From the NCBI GenBank assembly GCA_043228905.1, contig JBHGNT010000005.1:6076001-6140000 (forward strand): 64,000 nucleotides of DNA, written 5' to 3'. Below are positions 53,439 through 64,000 of this stretch, in pieces. The notes under the pieces are model-generated. The model had not been told where the DNA came from and searched no databases. It saw only the letters and a program-made list of their open reading frames with translations. The stretch comes from Azolla caroliniana. Its lineage: Eukaryota > Plantae > Polypodiophyta. Numbering within the stretch: the first letter of the stretch is position 1; the number at the start of each line of letters is the position of its first letter. A program made the position numbers and the translations under genes.

Positions 53439-56400
53439 ATGGCGAAGCGAAAACGAGGAGATGACGAAGGAGAAGAAGAGCGAGAATCGAAGAAGAAAGG
53501 CTTCCCTTGTCATATCAAGAACAAGCTCCTGCGATCCATCCAGTACTCAAAGCTTAAGCATGAGAAGAAAAAGATGAAAGACAAGCGACGGAAAGAACGC
53601 GATGCTGCGGAAAGTCAAGCCCTCGAGCTTGGGGAGCAAGTAAGTTTACGTCTTCTTTTTTCTCTTATCTCCTTTCGATCGCGGATTCGATTATCCATTG
53701 CTGTCGATGAGAATTTGTCAGAAAATTCTCTTTTTGAGATGGAAGTGATGTAGATATCTGTTATGGTTCTTTTTGGTGTCTGTATGCAGCTATGTAGAAA
53801 TGTGATTTAGATGAAAATGATATAGAAATCTGGTAAATTCTTTTTCTATCGCAAAAATTAAATCTCATTTTAGGTGAAAATGGCGCAGAAATTTGTACGG
53901 ATGAGCATGCCCCTTTGTCACAAATTGTAGAACAAAATATATTTTTATAATGGAAAATAGCATGAAGTATATTCAAATGCAGCTTTGAAGGCATACTTTT
54001 GATGAAAATTGTTTAGAAATCAGTTAGCGATGTATATGTTGAAGCACATTTTTGGATAAAATGGTTCACAAATGTGTTTGCAATATAATGCTGAAATATA
54101 TATATAGATGTATCTTTGGAAGCATATTGTACATATGTAGAATTCTTTGTAATGTGCAGATGTATCCAAACTGATATTCTACACTAAAGCATATGCAGCT
54201 ACAAATTCTCAACTAGAACAGAAAATCATGCAATCTAGACTGAAATGATAGATATGTTTGAATGAATATGAGAAGTAACATTTAGATGATAATGGTGTAG
54301 AAATCTATTTGTGACGTAAGATGCACATGCAGGAAGTTTCTTGACAAAGTATATGGGTGTTTTTCTTAAAGTCGTGATTACTTTCCTAGATAATTGTTTC
54401 CATATAACTGGACAATGGCACATTTTTTCAGTTTTTCTTTGTACTAATTCTTGGGAGTATTGATGTCTAATGCTGTCATTTGCAGCCGCCAACGAGGATG
54501 GTTCCTCGGACTATCGAGAACACTCGAGAACCAGATGAAACCATTGCACAGCCTGATGATGAAGAGGTACTTTACTTTTGAAATAATTTTTTCAAGGGAA
54601 AACCCCCCAAAACATGACGTTTTTTTTGTTTATCAACTCTAAGGCAGTGGCCCTAGTTTTCTTTAGTTCCTCAAATGCCCATGGTCAACCCCTGAAGACT
54701 GAAAAAGGTTATTAATTGACCATATAGTCGCTCAAATAGCACTTATAATCAAGAAAGAAAGGGATGAATAAAACATATATTTACTTAACTATCCTATTTA
54801 AATGCTGGAGGGGGACCTGACCAAGGGGACTTGGAAAAGTAAATAAATGATCAGTGTATATTGAAGTTTCCTGTTCTTTGAATCAATATATTATATTCCA
54901 AAGTACTGTTTTAATCAGTAAATTTGGTGACAGCTGCATGCTGAGGATGCCGCTGATGAATTCAATGCCCATTTTAATCATGAGCATACACCGCAAATTC
55001 TGATAACATCTTCCAGATGGTGCTCCACGGTACACTCATGATAAAAGCTTGTGAATTTATTGGTCGGAAAGCAATGACATAATGTCAAACTTGGAGTAAA
55101 TTTTTACACTTTCTTAAATATCCTTGCAGATCACTATCAAGTTTATTGCAGAACTACTTAGTGTAATACCAAATACCTACTATTATAAAAGAGGTTCATA
55201 CGAATTAAAGCAGGTTTGGCATAATGTTTACAATCTTGTCTCTGTCCACTAGGAAGAAAAGCAAAAGAAGGAAATAAGACATGATGTTTTTTTATTCTTT
55301 ATCTCATCAGAAAGTTTTTTCTGATGCACGTGTTTATACCATGTGACAGATTGTAAAATACGCGAAGAACCGTGACTTTACAGCTATAATTGTGATCCAT
55401 GACAACAGAAAAGAACCTAGTAAGTTTAGATCGAAGACTATTGCTGGATACTTCTCTCCCAACTATATAACAACTTGCTGATTGTTTTTGGCAGATGGAA
55501 TGCTTGTGATAAATTTGCCAGAGGGCCCTACTGCACATTTCAAGATTTCTAATGTAGTATTAAGTAAAAAAATAAAGGTTGGTTTCTTCTCATTGTTGAA
55601 GCTCATTCAACATGTCTCATAATGTCAATGGGCTTATCTGTGCCTTCTATTCAACAGGGACATGGGAAACCTACTAGACATTTACCTGAACTTATTTTGA
55701 ATAATTTCGTAACAAGGATAGGCCATAGAATTGGAAGGTATTTATTATCTTCTTTACAAAGTCTGAAAGTTTGTTTCTAATGCTGGTTTAGATTTATGAT
55801 TCATTAAAAGAAAAAACTAAGTGCTTACTTCTATTTATACTATGTTGTCTGGATCAATTTATTTTTCTTATTTTTTGCTGAGTGTGCTCATCATCGTCAT
55901 ACGAAGCTTCAATCACTCTCCTTATATAGGCATTGTGAAGTTATGGGCTTCGTGAATGTGATCATGGGTACATAGTGGAGGTTGATACACGTGTGACTTC
56001 TGGAAAGAAAGTAGTTATTGAGGATGAAAATCTGGATTCATCTTTTCTAGATGGTCTATTAATGATGATCCCTGTTGCAGATGCAGACATATATTCGACA
56101 AGAAGTGCAGACTGAAGTTATCTTTACACGAGCTCCGGCTCGTGTGCTTCCAAGTGACCATATATGGTTAAAGATACAACTTAGCAGATGAAGTTAGAAC
56201 TAATCCTAATAGCTAACCTAATTCAATGCACCAGTCTTTCTGCTGGCCGCACATGAGATGGTAATGCTTCACATCAATACTCCTCAAGTGCTTTACTCCT
56301 ATCAACCGCCCTTTTCCACATTGGATACTTCATAGCCTCCACAGAGTTGAAGATACATTGAATTGCTTCTTAAGATACATAATCAGTCTGATTTGAAAGA

Positions 56401-59400
56401 AGTTATTTATCTATCAGTGTGCAGACATTTCCTCGTCAGGTCCACTTCCTTTTACACCTTCCTATGCCACAAACTAAATCTATACTTTTCAAGACCCTCA
56501 ACCTTCTCTTTGAAGAAATATACCCACATTGTCCTTCTATGATCAAGAAACAGGTTGATGTGCATAATGCGTTTGTCCTCATCTTTTTGTAAAGGCTAAC
56601 AGGGACCGGCTTTAGAGGAAATTTCACTCATGGTCTCTTTAAGAGACTTTTGATGATAATATGTGCACTCACACTGCAACAACTAGTGTGAGCAAGTTGT
56701 ATACCAGCCTATCTACCTGCTCTTTTTGCAATCATAGAACACAAGCACCCAACGTGTTGATGCCATAGCTCCGCATCCAAGACACTGTTACACTTGTCCA
56801 CAACTAATGTAGCCAGCTTGGAAGTAGACATATTGCCTCCTCTCCCCCTGGACCTAATTCCTTGTTGAGCATTGTTGTGGATTTTCACACTTGCCTTCCC
56901 ACATATCACCTTGCACCCAACATCCACGAACCTTAACTTTGATAGTAGATTCTAATGAGTTCCATAACCAAAAAATACATTTTCCAAGCACTTAGCCCCA
57001 GAAGCTTGAACCTTTACATATATTGATATGCTTCCCTTGTCCAGACATCTTTGCTTATCACCCACCATAATGAACACATCTTTGACATCCCTCAAGTTTC
57101 AGAACCAGTGCCATTAACTCTTCATGCGTTGGTGTGCTCCTCTATCTAGAAATAATTTTTCTGTATCCTCTACCCTTACATATTAGTGAGCTTTTGAAAC
57201 CCAAAACTCTTTTGCTCAACGTAAGATGCTTTATCCTTATGATGAACACCTCCCCCTTCTTGTCTTTCGCCATCCACTTACAGGCCAATTGATTCCTCTG
57301 AGAGGTTAGCACTGAATTACTTGTCTCACTACCATGTAATATGTAAGCCTGCCTTTTTCTTTTCTCTGCTACCGATTCTTATATAGTTAGAGCCATCATG
57401 ACTTTCAGGTTAATTGAACCTATTTCTTTCACCAACTTGGCATCCAATCTGAGCATGATGTCCAAAAGCTCATAGAATCAACATGGTGGACATCTTGAAC
57501 TGTACAGTACATAGTTTGTCCCCTCATCCCCATGGACATCATGTAGTTCATACTGTCACCAGCTTCTCAATGGACATTACTGGTGGTCATGGCCTTGCCA
57601 CACAAAGAATCCTGCATCCACCCAACATCACTTGTTGAAGCCATTTGTGACATTGACCGAATTCACAAATCTTGATTAATTAATGCACCCTTTGGTCTAA
57701 TGTCGTCGTTGTCCTCCACCTCAATTCTTGTCAAATAGCATGTGTAGAACCTCATAGCTCTGATAACATATTAAATAATGCATGGAAACACTAGAATGCA
57801 TAAATTCAAATTTGACAAATCACTGTAGAAGACAAATATTTAATATTAACAAAAGGTGAAGAGGTAGATAATTATCTTCAAGTGCTCCAATTAAGCCGCT
57901 ATTCGCTAAAAGGATGATTAAATGTGGGGATAATGTATATAATTGTTAATTGTAATATCTGTTCATCAAGATGTTTCCTAGGATCAACTCATCATATATT
58001 CGAGCACATAAAAGCTCCATTGTCAAATGCTTTACCACACTACATATATTGAAAAGATCCATGATCATATGCTGTAACATTCTGTTGATTATAATATTAT
58101 AAATCTATATGTTGCATCAAGAAGTTCTCTAGGACACACTCCAGGAAAAGTCTTCTTATAACAGCAAGTGGTAATAACTCTGCTATTTTCTGTATCTAAA
58201 ATTTCTGGTAGCTTGGCAAGATATTCTCGTCTTTTTAGTTTTGTATATTTTCATTTTCTTTTAATGATAAATGAACCATGAAGAATTACAGTAAGCGTTT
58301 GATTTACAATGAACAGGATGCTCGCATCACTCTTTCCCCAGCAACCAAACTTTCGGGGTAGACGTGCTGTAACATTCCACAATCAACGTGATTTTATATT
58401 CTTTCGTCATCACAGGTAATAGCAACCTCTACTTTTGTAACGGAATGAATATTTTGCAATTGCAACATCTTCAATGTTCTGGTCATTTGTAATATATTTG
58501 CCTAGAAATCCAATATATTATGACACATCACCCATGATGTTCAAATAGTGATACTTCGCATACTTGTTAGCCTCACCACACCTTATTTTTGGCTGAAATG
58601 TTTCAGTCCTGGAAGGGGCCAAACTGCAACTGCAATCTGTATATATATACATATCTAAGATTATATATTATTTATACTTATAAAATACTATATAAATACT
58701 ATGTACCAGAAATTTCCTGACAAAGAAACAAACAAATAAAAAATAAGGAATCTATTTGTAATGGAGATAGCTTCCACATCTAACTCTCATTCATTCTTTC
58801 GTTCCAACGAGGCTACCTGAGAGGGATTCAGAAGCTGTTAAATTTTACCTGGTATCTAATTGGTCACCATGTCTGTATTGTGAATACGAGTAGGATTGGT
58901 AATCTTTCTCATGTCTCATGTCTCCATCCCCGCCCCTGCCCCCGGGTGGCGATGTATCATACAAACCTCCAAAACAGCATGCTTTGACCACTAATAAGGA
59001 GGCGCTGGCACCTAGCAGTATTGTAGTCATCTTGTTTTTGTCTTCCGAAACATATTAGTTTGTAAGCGTTGGAAAGAAAATGACAAATTATACATATTTT
59101 ATTAAGAAAGTTGTAACCTACACAATAGGGGAACAATAAATAAAGGTTATACTTACGAATTTTGGGGTGAATGTGTCAGATTGGTTTTAGAAGGAGCATT
59201 TTACATGCGTCAACGACAATTTTTCTTTGTTTTAGGTGATTCACATTTCAGCTTGACTTATGTTATTAGTTGCACATTTCTAGTACATAGCACATCACAA
59301 ATATTTTGCATTCGGTAACCAAATTTGAGGAATTTCCCAGAACCTCTAAGAAGGCTTTATTGTAATGACATCATAACGGTGTGAATTTTTTTGTCTAGTA

Positions 59401-61709
59401 CATAGCACATCATAAATATTTTGCATTTGGTTAACCAAATTTTACGAATTTCCCCAAACCTCTAAGAAGGCTTGATGGTGATGACATCATAAAGGTGTGA
59501 AAGGGTTTGCCACAAAGTATTTTTGCTCCATATCGGCCTTGACATTCATACAGCAAATTGCATCATACATTCATACTTTCGTTCACACATTCATATAGTA
59601 TGCCTCCCTAATTTCATTTAGGAGGGTAAGCAATAGTGCTGACAGAAACAAAGAGGAGAAAGGGAACCATTGTACACTTGGCTGCTTCTGATCATAGTAT
59701 CACTATTGGTTACTTAAAGGATTATGGAACCTTATCCATGCACTTTTCAAGAATTAGTAAAAAAGAGTATTTTTCTTTCCTCAAACTCGACTATGCTATG
59801 GTTTCCCAAAAGTGGGAAATGTCATTCAAAGATAATAAATATTAGTATTCATGGAAGGATATATAGGATTATAGGGAAATATTATTAGTATCCTGTGTGG
59901 AAGGGAATAGCTTAGCCATTCTGGGTTCTCTTTTTTGGGTTTAAAATGGATGAGTTTCTCCCTTTTGTCAAACATTCACTGTTTGGGATGTGATAGCTTG
60001 ATAGGGTTTGCAAAGTAATAGCCATATGGAATGTGGGAAATGTTTTGTTTTCCAAAATATTTCTGAAAATCCATCTGATTGGCCCTTTATATGAATGCAC
60101 AATCATTTACATTCATACAAGACAGAATATACAGGCTTCGAGCTGTAGAAAAATGGGACTAAAGGACAGTAATGATAATTTGATTGATGTTGAAGTGGTG
60201 TATTCAAGAAGGAATTGAATAGTGACCTAAAAATGGCAGAATAAAAATAGTGCAGTTATTAATCCAAACATCAAACTTGGCTCTGATACGAATTTTGGAA
60301 TTAATTCCTTGTATCTCAATCAGACGCACACTAAAAGTTGTGAATTCCCTTCTCTGAACAGATCAAAGTTTAGTGTCACATATTTTACACAAACATTCTG
60401 CAGTATCAACTTTTCAGTTTGGTATTAATCTGTACCGTCTGTTCATCCAATAGGCCATGGGCCATAATTCAATCCCTAGAATTATTATCTATACATGATA
60501 TTCATCATAAATGTTTTTGAAAGTCTCTGAAAAATGTTTGTGTAGCAACACAACTGTAATTACAATTCGCAAGAAACAATTAAAAGTACCTGTGAAGATA
60601 GTTCTCTCAGGTTGGTGAATTCATTACCATAGTTTTTTCATTTGCCAAGGCTGTTTCTCCCCTATTTTCAAGGACTTGAAAACTTTGTTTTTTTTTGTGA
60701 CTGAGGTTTTAAAAAGTTTGTCCTAATTTAAGGAATCCCAAGTAATATTCCCCTTATTAAATGAAATATTTTGTGTTTATTTTGAAATGGTTTCATAACC
60801 TCCTTGTTTTATGTTTTTATGATTTCATAACTATTTATATTTAGATGTCCATGAGGTTCCTTAATTGTTTTTCACTTGCTTGGTATCTGTTTTCAGGTAT
60901 ATTTTTGAAGAGAAGGAAGGGAAGGGTTCATCAGCAAAAGCTGGAGCTAATGCTAAGGGAAGCAGTACTAAGAAAGGCCCTAAACAGGCAATTATTGCCC
61001 GGTTACAGGTTTCTCTCTCTATATAATAGGGTTTCACTATTACTACATTATTTAGCTATCATATATCTATGATATATTAATTCTCCTTAACTACATGCTG
61101 CACTGGGTATTAAATTAATGACATCATGAGACTGATTTGTGATCAAATTGTGCTAGAGTTGCAGTATGAACATCATTCTCTCTGTACCAAAGTTTTAGTT
61201 CATATGTTTAGATCTTCGTTTTTGCCTAATTTTAAACTTTTTTTGCAAGCTTATTTTTGTTAACAAGTCAATGTCAAAGACAATGAAAGCTTGATGGGAA
61301 AATTTTCATCAAAAAAGATGCAATGTATATAGTATCCTATATGAGCACACTTGCATGAAGTGGTCTTATTCTTTATATATCTTTGCAAAAAAATGTTTAT
61401 AGTATCCTATATGAGTACACTCGCATGAATTGTTCTTGCTTTTATATATCTTTATGAGATGATCCTAATCCCTGAAAGTGGTTTGTTGCAGGAGTGTGGT
61501 CCTCGCTTCACTTTAAAGCTTTTGAGCTTACAACATGGCACTTTTGATTCAAAATTCGGAGAGTATGAATGGGTGCACAAGGTAAATGATTACTTGAGAT
61601 TTTGATATTGCCTAATGTTAGTGGTCAGATGCAATGATAGTTTTGCTGACTGTTTTATATGCATTTGCAGCCAGATATGGACACCAGTCGAAGGCGTTTT
61701 TTCTTGTAA
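53439..61709 (+). CDS. RPF1: Ribosome production factor 1 (Brix domain), ~344 aa, 11 exons
   Basis: Exons 53439-53639 (HIKNKLLRS), 54486-54566 ([14 protein letters not shown]), 54934-55029, 55130-55213, 55350-55419, 55495-55577 ([10 protein letters not shown]), 55658-55737 ([19 protein letters not shown]), 58317-58415 ([20 protein letters not shown]), 60897-61008, 61492-61581 ([22 protein letters not shown]) and 61671-61709 ([10 protein letters not shown]). All introns are GT-AG and in frame. Confidence 0.95.
56270..57770 (-). mobile_element. Heavily deleted old copia element in RPF1 intron 7
   Basis: PBS-like GCTCTGATAACA at 57757-57768; minus-strand FLDRG (protease-like, ~57145), NLLS (~56945), DAELWH (gag-pre-integrase, ~56765), HTDR (RH end, ~56415); PPT-like CTCCTCAAG at ~56280. 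Confidence 0.6.
59279..59501. repeat. Tandem duplication, ~115-bp unit x2, RPF1 intron 8
   Basis: TCTAGTACATAGCACATCA..ATATTTTGCATT..AACCTCTAAGAAGGCTT..ATGACATCATAA.GGTGTGAA occurs twice. Confidence 0.9.
61327..61455. repeat. Tandem duplication, ~70-bp period x2, RPF1 intron 9
   Basis: TATAGTATCCTATATGAG.ACACT.GCATGAA occurs twice. Confidence 0.85.
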
Positions 61710-62811
61710 ACTCGTGATTTTAATTTATTACTGAAACCCTTTTTGAAGAGGTGCAAATCAACCGATGGATGTGTCCAACCATTACCATCATAATGAACTG
61801 AAACAGAAGACGCATCATTTCTGTGGAATCCGATGCTATTGAGCAAGTGTCACAGGAAGAGAGATTCATTTCAATTGACATGCTAAAATATAGCCTTCTA
61901 ATGAATGATGAGAGGTACTTTGCATCTTCCAGAATGTAATTCTAATTTTACACTGAGCTGGGAAATGATTTTTCAGTAAGTGGGTTTACTCTGCGGTGTT
62001 TTTTTTGGTTCAGTAGAAATTGTCTTTAAGAGAAATGATAATTTAGTATCAGAGTCACTATATGAAGTATCTCAAAAAGTAGAGGTCAGTTTTTCTATAA
62101 TGTGATGGGAAGTGTATAAATTATCGCAATGGGGGTATCAGCATTTCTAAAATGCAATTGGAAGTTTATAGATTCTAACAACGGTAGTATCAACAGTTCT
62201 AACATACGATAGCAAGGGTAGTTAGTATCAGCATTTCAAAAACAGAATGGAAGGGTACAAATAGGAGTATGTACATATGTATAGAAGTGGTTTTTCTGCC
62301 TAATGTATTTGTGTCTTTATTGTTCTAAAATTAAGTGCTATACATCCAAAGTTATCCAACAATTATTGTCATTTTATGGCAATTTGCAACATCTTGTGCC
62401 TTCTAATGGACCCACTTCAAAGTTGTAGACAAAGTCCTATTCAATACGCTTCCTTGTACATTGGGAACATAGCATCATTTGGTATCTCATACAAGATCCA
62501 CTCTCATCTTAATTTCAATTATTCAAAGTGCTTGTAAAAGTGCAGATCATTCATCTATTTCAAACCCTCATGCATTGGCTATGAAAATGGGTCATGGTTC
62601 AAGATTGAATGAAGTATTAGATTAGCTTTGATAAAAGTGTTAAAGGATATTCAAAGTGAGGTGTGGATTCCAAATAATAGTATATGCCATTCATAATCAA
62701 AATGATAGTAATTGCAGTCTCCCTAAATCCATGCAATTGTGTATATATTGTTATTGACCATTCACACCACACCAAGGAAATAGATCTTTTGTAGTGGCAC
62801 TATGTGGTGTC

Positions 62812-63062
62812 ACTCTCTCACTCTCTCTCTTTTTTTATCGTAATTACCTTACCCTAGTGGTAAGTTGTTAGCACTACAAGCATTGCATTGTGGGTTCGAA
62901 ACCCAACTTCCTCTCCTCTCTATTGTATACTTCTTATATATCTCTTAATTCACTAGATGCCACTGTGAAATGTAAGGGTTGAACCCATGACCACCTGGTC
63001 TCCATTGGGCAACCTTACCAACTGAGCTACATCCATCTGGGCTCTCTCTCTATGTCTCTCTC
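62812..63062 (-). mobile_element. tRNA-derived SINE-like element with two convergent tRNA-like units, copy 2
   Basis: Minus-strand head has box A TAGCTCAGTTGG (63029-63018) and box B GGTTCAACCC (62985-62976). Plus-strand unit has TACCCTAGTGGTAAG (62850-62864) and GGTTCGAAACC (62893-62903). CT tracts flank both sides. Confidence 0.75.
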
Positions 63063-63063
63063 T

Positions 63064-64000
63064 ATACATAAATGACATCGTCTTGCTCTCAGAGTCTGAA
63101 CACGACCTACAAAAGCATCTTAATGCCTTGGATGACTTTTGCACACAATGAGGACCGGTAGTGAATCTAGCGAAAACTAAAGTTCTTATCTTTCATACAT
63201 TGTCTCGAGTTAGGAGTAAATGTCACCTAATCCTCTTTCATAAACCAGTTGAGGTAGTTGGATCATATGTGTACTTAGGAATCACCTTTAGTGCTAGTTC
63301 AGGTAAATTCTTGATGACCCAAGCAACCAAAGATAGACTAACGAGAGGGTATGCATCCCTCTAACTCTTAGAGAGACAATGCCACCAGGCATACTTTCAA
63401 GAGCCACGGACTAAGGGATGGCTCTTTGACTCATTAGTGACCCCTTCCCTCATGTATGCATCGATAGTATGGGCTCCAAGTCTATAATCCTTTCTGTGGA
63501 CGCAATTAGAGAGACCTCTAGTGATGATGTCATCACGTCAACTCCGAAGCAAATCGACAATACCACATGACATTATTAGAGCAGAGTTCAATTTGCCCCC
63601 AATGTTAGTAGAAGCACTTTTCCAAGTGGTAGTTTTTATTCATCAAATACATAGCCAACCACAAGATAGGATATCCCGTCACACCTTTGAGGCATCCTGA
63701 TCCCTATATGCGCTCGGAGACATTAGCTCTTGGTATACCATTGTTGTGAGTTGGTTACTTGCAAATGGCATAGACATTAATAACCTACCTCCCCTTAAGT
63801 ACAACCATGGGATTGATCAAACTTTAATCTCTCATGAAGAGCGCAATAAAGTAATACACCAAGAAATATGGCAAATTTACACCCGATATAAATGGATCAC
63901 CCCACGAGAGCCACTCCCATCTAAAATGTTGTACTATAAGTAACACTTCTCGCACTTCTCTAAGTTAGGTTTTATTACACGACCAAAATATCTAGATATA
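63064..64000 (+). mobile_element. Non-L1 LINE RT C-terminal fragment (RTE-X/L2-group-like), decayed, runs off the window
   Basis: YINDIVLLSES.HDLQKHLNALDDFC...VVNLAKTKVLIF...YVYLGITF...LFDSLVTPSLMYASIVW...IIRAEF, with in-frame stops. Confidence 0.75.

Noticed and set aside
62976-63042. Functional tRNA gene
   Set aside because: Box A and B are present, but I could not build acceptor and anticodon stems, and a diverged second copy exists; a SINE-like origin fits better.

Overview
Eukaryotic land-plant nuclear DNA: AT-rich, with GT-AG introns. The TE families look fern-like, but that taxon call is inference. Four intron-containing genes were reconstructed by hand. (1) A DUF547/MIP1-leucine-zipper protein (-, 403-4382). 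(2) An inositol transporter with an INT1-like backbone that still has a Cys-rich PSI-type loop (+, 30210-33977). (3) A three-repeat MYB, MYB3R (-, ~40568-44059, 3' end uncertain). (4) The Brix-domain ribosome biogenesis factor RPF1 (+, 53439-61709). Between them lie two decayed full-length Ty1/copia elements, one nested in the other (13960-25016, TSD TCCAT; 16851-22178, TSD CTCTC). There are also two copies of an L1 family ending at (GA)n, a solo-LTR-like insert, a short poly(A) retro-insertion with a 12-bp TSD, an RTE-X/L2-like LINE fragment, older copia debris, foldbacks and many short tandem duplications. The most unusual signal is a ~200-bp element present twice (47178-47390, 62812-63062). 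It is built from two convergent tRNA-like box A/box B units in CT/GA tracts, and one copy carries the same 3' tail as the local L1 family, suggesting a SINE-L1 partnership associated with GA microsatellites. Next are a ~630-bp charged in-frame extension of copia Pol bracketed by two identical PPT-like motifs, and a near-perfect 88-nt hairpin at 13855-13942. All coordinates were read by eye and no database searches were run.
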